Shown here piece after piece: positions 51,041-60,963 of a stretch of 64,000 nucleotides of DNA. A program made the translations under genes and the position numbers. The notes below the pieces were generated by a model. That model saw nothing but the letters and a program-made list of their open reading frames with translations. It had not been told where the DNA came from and ran no database searches. The DNA lies in assembly GCA_021811405.1 (NCBI GenBank), contig JAJZOZ010000001.1:5103-69102 (forward strand), in the 5' to 3' direction. This DNA comes from a bacterium (lineage in GTDB: Bacteria > Elusimicrobiota > Elusimicrobia > Elusimicrobiales > UBA9959). Position 1 is the first letter of the stretch. The number at the start of each line of letters is the position of its first letter.

Positions 51041-52081
51041 ATGACCTCATTGATGACCGCGGTGCTGCTGGCGGCCTCCCCCGCTTTTTCGGCCCCCCAG
51101 CCTTCTTCCTGCTTCGACAACGCCGTTCCCTGCGCGGCCTCCTCCGCCGCCCTGCCGGCCCCGGCGCTGCCCGCCCCGCTGGCCGCGGGCCGGCCGGTGG
51201 TGATCTCCATCGTCGGCATAGATTTCACCGAGCTCGGCTTCGGCAAGCTCGAGCTGTCCTACCTGAAGAAGATACTTCACTTCTTCAGGCCCGGTGCCGG
51301 GCTGGACGAGTCCGAGTTCCGGACGCGCCTTTCCAGCGTGGGGCAGGACCTGGAGATGGCCGAGTATTACAAGAAGTCCGACGCCGGGGCAGCGGCGGCC
51401 GGCAAGTACCCGGACAATTACCTGGATTCCAGGCTGGCGGACGTGCTGCCGGCGGACAAGTACGAGATAGTGCCGGTGCGCTGGTCGCGCGATCCCGATG
51501 AGAGCGAGCAGGCCCTGCCGCTGGTCGAGGCCGAGATCCGGAACACCTTCGCCAAGGCCAGCTCGGAGGGGCGCCCCGTCTACCTGGTGGCCCACAGCTG
51601 GGGGACTATGCTCGCCCATACCGCGCTGAACCGCATGGCCGTCTCTGACCCGCGGGTGCGCATAGACAAGCTGATCACGCTCGGCTCGCCGCTGGTGCCG
51701 TCCACCTGGTGGATGAAGATCTTCACCGAGCACGAGGTGAACGCGGGCCACCTGCAGAGCTTCGTCTCCAAGCCGGCCAACGTCGGCTACTGGGTCAACC
51801 TCTGGGCCGGCAACGACTATTTCTCCAACGAGATAAAGGCCGCGGACAAGAACATCCGCGAGGACGGCTTCACCGAGGACCTGGTCAGAAGGGTAAAGGC
51901 GGCGGCGCAGCAGGACCATTCCCTGGGGGAGAAAGCGCTGCGCGACCTGTTCTTCCTGAAGAGCCTGAAGAGCTGGCATTTCGCCTATATTTTCGATTAC
52001 CAGGTATACCTGAAGACCCTGAAGGAAAGCCACGAGAAGGCGATCTTCGCCCCGGTGATCTCCGGGGAGCTGGGCAAGTAG
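51041..52081 (+). CDS. Secreted alpha/beta-hydrolase (lipase/esterase-like, AHSxG nucleophile elbow)
   Basis: Signal peptide. YLVAHSWGTMLAHTAL has an A-H-S-x-G elbow, as in small Bacillus-type lipases. Confidence 0.5.
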   Translation: MTSLMTAVLLAASPAFSAPQPSSCFDNAVPCAASSAALPAPALPAPLAAGRPVVISIVGIDFTELGFGKLELSYLKKILHFFRPGAGLDESEFRTRLSSVGQDLEMAEYYKKSDAGAAAAGKYPDNYLDSRLADVLPADKYEIVPVRWSRDPDESEQALPLVEAEIRNTFAKASSEGRPVYLVAHSWGTMLAHTALNRMAVSDPRVRIDKLITLGSPLVPSTWWMKIFTEHEVNAGHLQSFVSKPANVGYWVNLWAGNDYFSNEIKAADKNIREDGFTEDLVRRVKAAAQQDHSLGEKALRDLFFLKSLKSWHFAYIFDYQVYLKTLKESHEKAIFAPVISGELGK

Positions 52082-52088
52082 GCCGCAT

Positions 52089-52556
52089 ATGATAGTGGCC
52101 AGCCTCAAGCACGCCGACAGGCAGTCCCCCGGAACCGAAGGGCTTTCGAAGGCCTTCGCCTTCCTGCGGCGGCCCGGCCTGGCGGAGCTGGCGGACGGCA
52201 GGTACCCGATAGACGGGGACAGGGTGTACGCGCTCGCGCAGCGCTACTCCACCGAGGCCGGCGGCGCGGAGCCGCGCTTCGAGGCCCACCGCGATTTCAT
52301 CGACGTGCAGTACCTCGTCGCCGGCTCAGAGGTCATAGGCTGGGCGCCCCTGTCCGCGGTGGAGATTTCGGAGCCTTACGACTCCGGCAAGGACGCCTGT
52401 TTCGGGCGGGCGCGCGGCTGGACGCCGGTCCGGCTGGGCCCGGGCGACCTGGCGGTGCTCTACCCGGAGGACGCCCACGCCCCGCGGCTGGCCGACGGGG
52501 CCCCGGGCCCCGTGGCGAAGATAGTGGTGAAGGTGAGCGTGGCGGACGGGATATGA
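52089..52556 (+). CDS. YhcH/YjgK/YiaL (DUF386) family protein
   Basis: Size of 155 aa. FEAHRDFIDVQYLVAGSEVIGW and YPEDAHAP are typical of this cupin-like family. Confidence 0.6.
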   Translation: MIVASLKHADRQSPGTEGLSKAFAFLRRPGLAELADGRYPIDGDRVYALAQRYSTEAGGAEPRFEAHRDFIDVQYLVAGSEVIGWAPLSAVEISEPYDSGKDACFGRARGWTPVRLGPGDLAVLYPEDAHAPRLADGAPGPVAKIVVKVSVADGI

Positions 52557-52936
52557 CTTTCAAGGAACTGGTACGGTCGGCTATCTGCGGCGAGATGGAG
52601 GACATCTCGGCCTGCGTTACGGACGGGGAGGCCTTCCCCGCGGCGGCCGCCTTCTACGGCGGTCTTGCCGACGAGAAACGGGAGCGCCTCAAGGAGCTCG
52701 GGCGCATCTTCCGGGAGGGCACCGGCTTCCGCCAGCGCCGCATAGAGGCTTCCAGGTCGCTGGAGGCCTCGCTGCGCGCGCGCGCGGCCAGGGCGTCCGA
52801 GGCGGCCTCGGTCTACGCCGCGCTGGTCAGGCAGATGAACAAGCCGGAATATAAAGAGGCGCTGAAGGCTTTCGGGGACAGGGAGCTGATAATACTGGGC
52901 GAGGTGCGGGCTTTCCAGGCGGGGCTGAAAAAATAG
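52553..52936 (+). CDS. Hypothetical protein (127 aa)
   Basis: Coupled ATGA start and high GC3. No family recognised. Confidence 0.45.
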   Translation: MTFKELVRSAICGEMEDISACVTDGEAFPAAAAFYGGLADEKRERLKELGRIFREGTGFRQRRIEASRSLEASLRARAARASEAASVYAALVRQMNKPEYKEALKAFGDRELIILGEVRAFQAGLKK

Positions 52937-52955
52937 GCAGGGCGAGCCCCGCGGC

Positions 52956-52985
52956 AGGCCGGTCAGCGCGACCGGCCTTTTTTTA
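52956..52985 (+). terminator. Rho-independent terminator overlapping the 3' end of the convergent gene
   Basis: Stem AGGCCGGTC, loop agcgc, stem GACCGGCCT, followed by TTTTTTT. Confidence 0.75.
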
Positions 52986-54678
52986 TTTCCTCCGTCCTGG
53001 CCAGGTTGTCCGCCGCGCTCCGCAGGCCGGGGTCTATGCCGAGGGCTTTCCTGAAAAGCTTTTCCGCCCCGTCGAGGTCCCCGCGGCCCGCCAGCAGTAC
53101 GCCGTAGTCGTTGAGGGCCTCGGTGTCGGCCGGGTCGTCCGCCAGGACGCGCCGGTAAAGCCCCTCGGCCTCTTCCGCGCGGCCCATCGCCGCCTCCGAG
53201 CGGGCCAGCACCAGCAGCGCCGGCGCGTAGCCGGGATGCAGGCGGAGCAGGTCCATCAGGGCCGCGGCCGCTTCCTTGTCCCGGCCGGAGCCGCGCAGCA
53301 CCGTGTAGCGGTTGAACAGGGCCTCTTCGTCACCGGGCTTAAGCGCCAGCTCCGCGTCCAGCGCCTTCAGCGCTCCCGCCTCGTCGCCGTCCTTCCAGCG
53401 CGCCAGCGCCAGCCCGCCCAGGTAGGACGGCTCGCCCGGCGCCTCGGCGGCTATGCGCTCCAGCAGCAGCCTGCTCTTCTGGAAGCGCCCCCTCAGGTAA
53501 TACTCGCGCGCCAGGTTGTAGAGCATCGGCTTCGAAGTGGAGGTCAGCGCCGCGTTCTCGTAGATCTTCAGGTCGGTGCCGCGCTTCGGGATATTGAGCG
53601 CGGAGGCCAGCGCGAAGACCGCGGCGGCCGCGGCCAGGGCGCGCCGGCCGGCAGCTTTTTGCGCCAGCTTGTCCGAGGCCCAGAGGAACAGCCCGGCGTT
53701 GGACAGGTAGACCCAGTGGTCCAGCATCAGGTCGTTGGCGGCCAGCAGCGGGAACTTCGGGGCCAGGTTCAGCAGGTACCAGCCGGCGCACAGAACGGAG
53801 GCGCGGCTTCCCTTCTTCAGGATCAGCAGCGCGGCGGCGGCCAGCGCCGGCAGGGCCGTCCAGTTGAGCGCGGCCAGCTGCGGCTGCATGCGGTGAGAGT
53901 GCATGTCGAAAGGCAGCGCCGCCTCCTTCAGGTAGACCAGCAGCGCCTGGGGCACCTTCAGGAACAGCCCCGCCGCCACCGGGCCGGCGCCGCGCGAGAA
54001 CAGGCCCATGCCGAGCGCTTCGTGGCGCAGCAGCAGGTAGACCGGGACGAAGGCCAGGAAAGGGATCAGCTTGCGGTACTCGGCGCGCGGCCGGCGCAGG
54101 TACCACAGGCAGAGGGCGGCCAGCGCGGGGGTTATCACGCCGTTCTCCTTGAAGCCGCAGGCGGCCAGGAAAAGCAGGAAGGACCAGGCGGCGCGGCCGC
54201 GCAGGAACAGCGGCAGCGAGGCGGCCATGCAGGCCCCCGAGGCCAGCTCCGCGCGCCCGGCTATGACGAGCATCTGCTCCACGGCCGCCGGGTGCGCCGC
54301 CAGCAGTACAGCCGCCCAGAGGGAGGCGCCCCTGCCGAAGCCCAGCTGTAGCGCCAGGAAGAAGAACAGCACGGCCGCCGCGGCGTGGAAGGCGAAATTG
54401 GTCAGGTGATAGCCGAACGGCCTCAGCCCCCACAGCGAGAAATCGGCCATGTTGCTGACGGTCTGCAGCGGCCTGTAATAGTTGAGCCCCTGATCGAAGG
54501 GGTCGCCCCTGAAAGCGCGGGCCAGGTTGGCGGCGCTCATTGAGATATGCGGGTTACCCTCTATCATGCGGTGGTCGTCCCACAGGAAGCCCACCCGCAG
54601 GGTCAGGCCGAAGGCCAGCAGCGCCGCGAGCAGGATGCCCGCCGCGGCCGCGGATCTTTTGCCGGGGTCGTTCAGCAC
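52963..54678 (-). CDS. GT-C-type (PMT/TMTC-like) polytopic membrane glycosyltransferase with C-terminal TPR repeats
   Basis: N-terminal motif VGFLWDDHRMIEGNP. About 10 TM segments. The C-terminal ~200 aa are TPR repeats. Confidence 0.6.
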   Translation of the reverse strand: MLNDPGKRSAAAAGILLAALLAFGLTLRVGFLWDDHRMIEGNPHISMSAANLARAFRGDPFDQGLNYYRPLQTVSNMADFSLWGLRPFGYHLTNFAFHAAAAVLFFFLALQLGFGRGASLWAAVLLAAHPAAVEQMLVIAGRAELASGACMAASLPLFLRGRAAWSFLLFLAACGFKENGVITPALAALCLWYLRRPRAEYRKLIPFLAFVPVYLLLRHEALGMGLFSRGAGPVAAGLFLKVPQALLVYLKEAALPFDMHSHRMQPQLAALNWTALPALAAAALLILKKGSRASVLCAGWYLLNLAPKFPLLAANDLMLDHWVYLSNAGLFLWASDKLAQKAAGRRALAAAAAVFALASALNIPKRGTDLKIYENAALTSTSKPMLYNLAREYYLRGRFQKSRLLLERIAAEAPGEPSYLGGLALARWKDGDEAGALKALDAELALKPGDEEALFNRYTVLRGSGRDKEAAAALMDLLRLHPGYAPALLVLARSEAAMGRAEEAEGLYRRVLADDPADTEALNDYGVLLAGRGDLDGAEKLFRKALGIDPGLRSAADNLARTEEIKKGRSR

Positions 54679-54737
54679 GAGGAGATTATAGCAAGTACTC
54701 CGGGCGCTGCCGCCCCGGAAAAAGATAGAATGGAGGC

Positions 54738-55517
54738 ATGAGCAGGATCGCGGACGGCTCCGAGGTGTACTGGGACGGCGGGCAGTACGACGCCTTCAAC
54801 ACGCCCTACGAGGACGACCTCCCCTTTTACCTGGCCGAGGCCCGCAGGGCGCGGGGCCCGGTGCTGGAGCTGGCCTGCGGCACGGGCCGGCTCGCCCTGC
54901 CGCTGAAGAAAGCGGGGGCGGATATCACCGGCCTGGACTTCTCCGGGCCCATGCTGAAGCGCGCCCGCGCCAAAGCCCGGGAAGCCGGCCTGGACCTGCC
55001 GCTGGTAAAGGGCGACGCGAGGAAATTCTCCTTGGGCCGCCGGTTCAGGCTGGTCTTCATGGCCTTCAACTCAATGCAGCACCTGGGCAGAAGGGAGGAC
55101 CTGGAAGGTCTTTTTTCCTCGGTGAAGAAGGCGCTGGCCCCGGGCGGCAGGTTCATCTTCGACGTCTTCAACCCGGACCCCCGCTACCTTTCCCGGGACC
55201 CCGACGAACTGCTGCCTGTGGCTTATTACGACGACCCGTCCGGCCCGGGCAAGATGCTGGTGAACGAGCAGTACAGCTACGACAAGGCCGCGCAGGTGTC
55301 CAGGCTGGTCTGGCATTACAGGCGCGAGAGCGACGGCCATACCGTCAAAAAATCCTTGAATCTCCGGTGTTTTTTTCCGGAGGAGCTGCTGGTCCTTGTG
55401 CATTACAACGGCTTCAGGGTGCTGAGGCGGTACGGCGACTTCTCGCGCGCCCCCTTCACGGCCTCCTCGGGAAAGCAGGTGCTGGTCTGCGCCCCGCGCC
55501 CCGCCGGCCGGCGCTAG
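54738..55517 (+). CDS. Class I SAM-dependent methyltransferase
   Basis: Motif I VLELACGTGRL. Post-I segment ITGLDFS. Confidence 0.8.
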   Translation: MSRIADGSEVYWDGGQYDAFNTPYEDDLPFYLAEARRARGPVLELACGTGRLALPLKKAGADITGLDFSGPMLKRARAKAREAGLDLPLVKGDARKFSLGRRFRLVFMAFNSMQHLGRREDLEGLFSSVKKALAPGGRFIFDVFNPDPRYLSRDPDELLPVAYYDDPSGPGKMLVNEQYSYDKAAQVSRLVWHYRRESDGHTVKKSLNLRCFFPEELLVLVHYNGFRVLRRYGDFSRAPFTASSGKQVLVCAPRPAGRR

Positions 55518-55572
55518 CCCCGTCCCCGGTCTCCTTGTAAAGGCTCCCCGCATTTGCTATTATTAACCTACT

Positions 55573-55878
55573 ATGAATACCTATGAGTTAATGCTGATAA
55601 TCAATCCCCAGCTTACGGACGCCGAGGTAGGGGAAGCGATCGAGAAGGCCAAGAAGACCCTGACCGACGAGAAGGGCGAGGTCCTCTCCGAGGACCGCAT
55701 CGGCCGCAAGAAATTCGCGCACGCCGTCGGCAAGAACCGCGACGGCTATTACGTCTACATGAAGGTGAAGGCCTCCCCCGAGAGCCTGAAGACCATACAG
55801 CACGCCCTCAAGCTGCAGGAGACCGTGCTGCGCGCCATGATGATGAAGGCCGCCGTAGAGCCCGTAAAGAAGGCCTGA
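55573..55878 (+). CDS. rpsF: 30S ribosomal protein S6
   Basis: MNTYELMLIINP...GRKKFAH. Context rpsF-ssb-rpsR-rplI. Confidence 0.9.
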   Translation: MNTYELMLIINPQLTDAEVGEAIEKAKKTLTDEKGEVLSEDRIGRKKFAHAVGKNRDGYYVYMKVKASPESLKTIQHALKLQETVLRAMMMKAAVEPVKKA

Positions 55879-55885
55879 GCCAGCC

Positions 55886-56332
55886 ATGGATATACGCGTA
55901 CCGGAGCTTAACCAGGTTATGATCGCGGGTCGCCTGACGCGCGACCCCGAGCTGCGCTTCACCCAGAAACAGCAGGGCGTAGTTTCCCTGTCCGTGGCCG
56001 TGAACCGCCGCTACCAGGACCAGGCCTCCGGCGAGTGGAAGGACGACACCACTTTCGTGCCGGTCACCGTCTGGGGCCCGGCCGCGGAGCGCTGCAAGGA
56101 GAAGATGCGCAAGGGCAGCCCGGTGCTGGTGGAGGGCCGCCTCACGGCGTCCGAGTACACCGACAAGGCCGGCCAGAAGCGCAAGGAACTCAAGATCACC
56201 GCGCGCCGCGTGCAGCTGATGGCCTACGGCTCCGCCGAGGCGGGAGAGGGCGGCGCTAAAGAGGCCGAAGAGATACAGGCGGACCCGGAGCCCAAGGGCG
56301 ACTCGTCCGGCATAGAGGAAGTCCCGTTCTAA
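55886..56332 (+). CDS. ssb: Single-stranded DNA-binding protein
   Basis: OB-fold N-terminus NQVMIAGRLTRDPELRFT. Acidic tail ending IEEVPF. Confidence 0.9.
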   Translation: MDIRVPELNQVMIAGRLTRDPELRFTQKQQGVVSLSVAVNRRYQDQASGEWKDDTTFVPVTVWGPAAERCKEKMRKGSPVLVEGRLTASEYTDKAGQKRKELKITARRVQLMAYGSAEAGEGGAKEAEEIQADPEPKGDSSGIEEVPF

Positions 56333-56427
56333 CCCTTTAAAGCCCGGAGCGGCCGGTCCGGCAGGCGCCGGGCCCAAGAGAGCTTTGCCGGGATACGAGC
56401 CAACAGGAACAGTACTAGGAGCGAATT

Positions 56428-56733
56428 ATGGAGAACAAAGAAACCACCCCGAAGCCGGCCGAGGCCGCGCCCGCCGCCGCCCCGAGGCCCTACGCCGGTC
56501 CGCGCCGCCCCGGCGGCCGCAGGTTCGCGCCGCGCCGCAAGGTATGCAGGCTGTGCGCCGAGAAGATCGAGCTGGTGGACTACAAGCAGACCCAGATAGT
56601 CAAGAGCTTCTGCACCGACACCGGCAAGATCCTTTCCCGCCGCATCACCGGCGCGTGCGCCAGGCACCAGCGCCAGATCATGAGGGCGGTGAAGATCAAC
56701 CGCAACCTGTCCATCATGCCCTACAACGGCTAA
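56428..56733 (+). CDS. rpsR: 30S ribosomal protein S18
   Basis: VDYKQTQIVKSFCTDTGKILSRRITG...HQRQIMRAVKINRNLSIMPY. Confidence 0.9.
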   Translation: MENKETTPKPAEAAPAAAPRPYAGPRRPGGRRFAPRRKVCRLCAEKIELVDYKQTQIVKSFCTDTGKILSRRITGACARHQRQIMRAVKINRNLSIMPYNG

Positions 56734-56745
56734 CGGAGCTAAATC

Positions 56746-57195
56746 ATGAAAGTGATACTCAAGAAAGACGTGTACAAGGTCGGCCGGTCCGGCGAGATCA
56801 AGAACGTTAAGGACGGCTACGCCCGCAACTTCCTGATGCCCCGCGGCCTCGCGGAGACCGCCACCCCCGGCGCGCTGCGCGCGTGGAAGAACTCCGCCGA
56901 GAAGCGCACCAAGCGCGTCGCGGCCGAGGACGCCGCGCTGGACGAGCTGGCCAAGCGCCTCGGCGCGATAACGCTCTCGTTCTCCCGCCCGGTCTCGGAA
57001 GAGGGCGTGATGTTCGGTTCCGTGGCCAAGAGCGACATCATCAAGAACCTGGCCGCCGCCGATATAGAGATACACAAGGACATGATACGCCTGCCGGCCT
57101 CGATAAAGGCCGTCGGCACCTTCGAGGTGGAGATAGCGCTCAAGCCGCATATCGCCGCCAAGATCAAGGTCGCGGTTTCAGCCCAGAGCAAGTAA
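56746..57195 (+). CDS. rplI: 50S ribosomal protein L9
   Basis: [36 protein letters not shown]. Confidence 0.9.
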   Translation: MKVILKKDVYKVGRSGEIKNVKDGYARNFLMPRGLAETATPGALRAWKNSAEKRTKRVAAEDAALDELAKRLGAITLSFSRPVSEEGVMFGSVAKSDIIKNLAAADIEIHKDMIRLPASIKAVGTFEVEIALKPHIAAKIKVAVSAQSK

Positions 57196-57305
57196 GCAGC
57201 TTCAACCCGCCGGGCCCCCGCACTAAGTCTGCGCTGGCTCGGCGGGTCGTTTTTCAGGCCGCGCCCCCGGGGGGGCGGCGCCGATCCGGACGGGGTAACA
57301 CCACC

Positions 57306-58691
57306 ATGAGCTATAACAAGGTTCCTCCGCATTCCACCGAGGCGGAAATGGCCGTGCTCGGCGCTCTGCTCATAGACAAGGACGTCATCGACGGCATCAT
57401 CGAGGTCCTCCAACCCAAGCATTTCTACAGCGACGTGCACCGCCGGATCTACGAGGCCATCCTGGAGCTTTACCAGCGGCACATGCCGGTGGACGTGGTC
57501 ACGCTGACGGCCGAGCTGAAGAAGACCGACCGCCTGGAGGAGCTGGGCGGCCAGAAGTACCTGGCCGACCTGATGGAGAAGGTCTCCACGTCCGCGCACA
57601 CGCAGGCCTACGCCAACATCGTCAGGGAGAAGGCCCTGATGCGCGAGCTGATCCGCGTCTCCACCACCATCGTGGAGAAGACCCAGGACGGCGCGGAGCC
57701 GGTGGACAAGATCATAGATTTCGCCGAGCAGCAGATACTGCAGGTGGCGCAGACCAACACCGACCACGGTTTCTCTTCGGCGGACTCGCTGGCCGCGCAG
57801 ACGCTGGAGCGCATGGAGAAGCTGTTCTCCCAGCGCTCGCCGCTCACCGGCGTGCCGAGCGGCTTCCTGAAGCTCGACGGCATGACCGGCGGCTTCCAGA
57901 AGTCGGACCTGATCATCCTCGCGGCCCGGCCCTCGATGGGCAAGACCGCGCTGGCGCTCAACGTCGCCTACCACGCCTGCGTGGAGAAGAAGGTGCCCAC
58001 GGCCGTCTTCTCGATGGAAATGGACAAGCACTCCATCATGCAGCGCATGATCTGCAGCGCCGCCCGCGCCAACATCGGCGCCGTGCGCAAGGGGCTGCTG
58101 TCCAGGTCGGTCTGGCCGCAGCTGACCCGCGTCACGCAGACCGTCTCCGAGTCCCCGCTCTTCATCGACGACACGCCCGGCCTCAACATCCTCGACATCC
58201 GCAACCGCACCCGCAAGCTGATGACGCAGCTGAAGAACGAGGGCAAGGAGCTGGGCCTCGTCATCATCGACTACCTGCAGCTGATCCGCGGCGCCGGCAG
58301 GACCGAGAGCCGGCAGCAGGAGGTCTCCGAGATCTCCCGCCTGCTGAAGGACCTCGCCCGCAGCCTGAAGATCCCGGTGATCGCGCTGGCCCAGCTGAAC
58401 CGCCGTACCGAGGACAAGGGCCGCACCGACAACAAGCCGATGCTCTCCGACCTGCGCGACTCGGGCTCCATCGAGCAGGACGCCGACGTGGTGGCGATGA
58501 TCCACCGCGACGAGTACTACAAGCGCGAGGACCCCACCGTCAAGAACCAGGCCACGCTGATAGTCGCCAAGCACCGCAACGGCGAGGTCGGCGTGGTGGA
58601 CCTGGCCTTCTTCAGCGAGTACACGAAGTTCGAGAACCCGGCCGTCAAGGCGATAGAGGAAGAGCCGCTGCCGGAATCCACGGTCTTCTGA
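57306..58691 (+). CDS. dnaB: Replicative DNA helicase
   Basis: PPHSTEAEMAVLGALL. Walker A ARPSMGKTA. The motifs IDYLQL and LSDLRDSGSIEQDAD. Confidence 0.95.
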   Translation: MSYNKVPPHSTEAEMAVLGALLIDKDVIDGIIEVLQPKHFYSDVHRRIYEAILELYQRHMPVDVVTLTAELKKTDRLEELGGQKYLADLMEKVSTSAHTQAYANIVREKALMRELIRVSTTIVEKTQDGAEPVDKIIDFAEQQILQVAQTNTDHGFSSADSLAAQTLERMEKLFSQRSPLTGVPSGFLKLDGMTGGFQKSDLIILAARPSMGKTALALNVAYHACVEKKVPTAVFSMEMDKHSIMQRMICSAARANIGAVRKGLLSRSVWPQLTRVTQTVSESPLFIDDTPGLNILDIRNRTRKLMTQLKNEGKELGLVIIDYLQLIRGAGRTESRQQEVSEISRLLKDLARSLKIPVIALAQLNRRTEDKGRTDNKPMLSDLRDSGSIEQDADVVAMIHRDEYYKREDPTVKNQATLIVAKHRNGEVGVVDLAFFSEYTKFENPAVKAIEEEPLPESTVF

Positions 58692-58699
58692 GCCAGGCC

Positions 58700-59800
58700 A
58701 TGCCCCCTATGCTGCGACCTACCCGGGCCGAGATCAGTCTCGGGGCGGTGCGCGGCAATCTGAAAAAGCTGTCCGCCACGGCCGCCCCGGCGCGGCTGCT
58801 CTTCGTCGTCAAGGCGAACGCCTACGGCCACGGCGCCGCGGAGCTGGCGCGGCTGGCCGAGCGCGAGGGCCTGGCGTACGGCTTCGGCGTCTCCTGCGTG
58901 GAGGAGGGGCTCGCGCTGAGGGCCGCCGGCCTGAAGAGCCCGGTCCTGGTGCTCGGCAGCCTCTACCCTTTCGAGAGCTTCGTCGAGGCCATTAACTCCG
59001 GCATGATGGTGACGATAGCCAGCCTGGACGCGGCGCGCCAGGTGATAGAGGCCTCCCGCCGCCTAGGCCGGAAGGCCGAATGCCACATCAAGCTCGAGAC
59101 CGGCATGGGGCGCATCGGCGCCCGCCGGCCCTCGGTGCTGAAGATCTACGACGAGCTCTCGTCCTCCGGCGCCGTCGAGGTCTCCGGCCTCTACACCCAT
59201 CTTTCCAGCGCGGACACCGACCCGGACTACACCGGCCAGCAGCTTTCCATCTTCGGCGAGACCGTCTCCGACCTCGAGCAGCGCGGCGCCAAGGGCCTGA
59301 CCCTGCACGCGGCCAATTCCGCGGCCACGCTGCGCTACCCCGTCAGCCGGATGGACATGGTGCGCTGCGGCATAGCCGCCTACGGGCTGGCGGAGGGCTT
59401 CTCGCCCGCGATGCAGCTGAAGACCAGCGTGGTCTTCATAAAGAACGTGCGCGAGGGAGCCTACATCAGCTACAATAAGTCCTTCAGGGCGGACCGCGCG
59501 ATGAAGATAGCCACGATACCGGCCGGCTACGGGGACGGCTATATCAGGCGCTTCTCCAACAGGGCCGACGTGCTGATAGGCGGCAGGCGCTGCCGGGTGC
59601 TGGGGAACGTCACGATGGACATGACGATGGTGGACGTCACCGGCGTGAAGGAGGCGGCTGTCGGCTCGGAGGCCGTGCTGCTGGGCCGCCAGGGCGCCGA
59701 GGAGATAACGGCGGCCGAGCTGGCCGGGTTGGCCGGCACCATCACTTACGAGATAGTAACGCTGGTGACCGGCCGGGTGCCCCGGGTGTACGTGGAATGA
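58700..59800 (+). CDS. alr: Alanine racemase
   Basis: PLP-lysine context FVVKANAYGHG. C-terminal ITYEIVT. Confidence 0.9.
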   Translation: MPPMLRPTRAEISLGAVRGNLKKLSATAAPARLLFVVKANAYGHGAAELARLAEREGLAYGFGVSCVEEGLALRAAGLKSPVLVLGSLYPFESFVEAINSGMMVTIASLDAARQVIEASRRLGRKAECHIKLETGMGRIGARRPSVLKIYDELSSSGAVEVSGLYTHLSSADTDPDYTGQQLSIFGETVSDLEQRGAKGLTLHAANSAATLRYPVSRMDMVRCGIAAYGLAEGFSPAMQLKTSVVFIKNVREGAYISYNKSFRADRAMKIATIPAGYGDGYIRRFSNRADVLIGGRRCRVLGNVTMDMTMVDVTGVKEAAVGSEAVLLGRQGAEEITAAELAGLAGTITYEIVTLVTGRVPRVYVE

Positions 59801-60585
59801 AATACTGCGTTACCGAGAAGATAGGCCGGAAGGCCATGTCGCTGGCCGAGGCGCTGGGCGCCGGCGCGCTGATGTTCAAGTCGGTGCTCTTCTGGCTTTT
59901 CCGCTCGAGGCTGGAGGTCGCCGAGACGGTGAAGCAGTCGGTAAAGATCGGCGTGGACTCCCTGACCGTGGTGGCTCTGACCAGCTTCTTTACCGGCATG
60001 GTGCTGTCGCTGCAGACGGGCCATTCCTCGCAGAACCTCTTCAACGAGCCTCTTTACATCGGCACGATGGTCGCTTTCTCGATGCTCAAGGAGCTGGGCC
60101 CGGTGCTGACCTCCATCGTCGTGGCCGGCCGCGCCGGCGCCGTGGTGACGGCCGAGATCGGCACGATGCGCGTCACCGAGCAGATCGACGCGCTGTACAC
60201 GCTGGGGACCAACCCCACCCGCTACCTGCTGGTGCCGCGCTACATCGCCTTCATGATCATGCTGCCGCTGCTGACGGTGTTCGCGGATTTCCTGGGCATC
60301 ATCGGCGGCGCCCTCGTCGGGGTGGTGCGGCTGGACATCCCGACCAGCGTGTTCATGAACGACATCTACACCTACGTGGACGTCAAGGATTTCATGCACG
60401 GCTTCCTGAAGACCTTCTTCTTCGCCTTCATGATCGCCACGGTCTCCTGCTACAAGGGGCTCAGCACCAGCGGCGGGGCCGAGGGCGTCGGCAAGTCCAC
60501 CACGGAGGCCGTGGTGACCAGCATGGTGCTGGTGATGGTGCTGGACTATTTCATCAGCGCGCTGCTGGTGGCGGTGGGGGTGTGA
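59797..60585 (+). CDS. mlaE: Mla/Ttg2-type ABC transporter permease
   Basis: Polytopic protein with GRAGAVVTAEIGTMRVTEQIDAL, typical of MlaE. Confidence 0.85.
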   Translation: MKYCVTEKIGRKAMSLAEALGAGALMFKSVLFWLFRSRLEVAETVKQSVKIGVDSLTVVALTSFFTGMVLSLQTGHSSQNLFNEPLYIGTMVAFSMLKELGPVLTSIVVAGRAGAVVTAEIGTMRVTEQIDALYTLGTNPTRYLLVPRYIAFMIMLPLLTVFADFLGIIGGALVGVVRLDIPTSVFMNDIYTYVDVKDFMHGFLKTFFFAFMIATVSCYKGLSTSGGAEGVGKSTTEAVVTSMVLVMVLDYFISALLVAVGV

Positions 60586-60963
60586 GGAGCCTGTCGGGGC
60601 TTGGCTTCACCGGGCACGCTATCGGCCACACCGTGGCCGCGCTGCCGCTCGGCCTCGGCGCTTGCGCAAGCCTCGGCCTGCGCGAGCACCCGTTGAACCC
60701 AAGCCCCGCCCGGCTCCTGGTTGAGGTAATAATTGAGGGCGACGTGCGGGAGATGTGGCCCGAGTGCCTTCGCGGAGGCCCGAGCTTGCATAAGCGCGAG
60801 GGCCGGATGGCCGCGAAGCGGCCAGGTCTGCGTGATGAGCGGCGCGCACGGTGGCCGCTTGATGAGCATAGCTCCTGATGCGGCACGGGCATGGCCCAGT
60901 GCGCGACCGCGCGCCGAGGGACACATCTCCCGTACGGCGCACTAGGGGCTTGAATTTGAAGGT

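Noticed and set aside
60546-60926. Minus-strand 126-aa ORF in the mlaE-mlaF spacer with a faint VapC/PIN-like N-terminal resemblance.
   Set aside because: - The conserved acidic PIN residues are not identifiable.
- The composition is typical of GC-rich non-coding frames.
- There is no partner antitoxin ORF and no RBS.
- It is retained only as a remark in the spacer finding.
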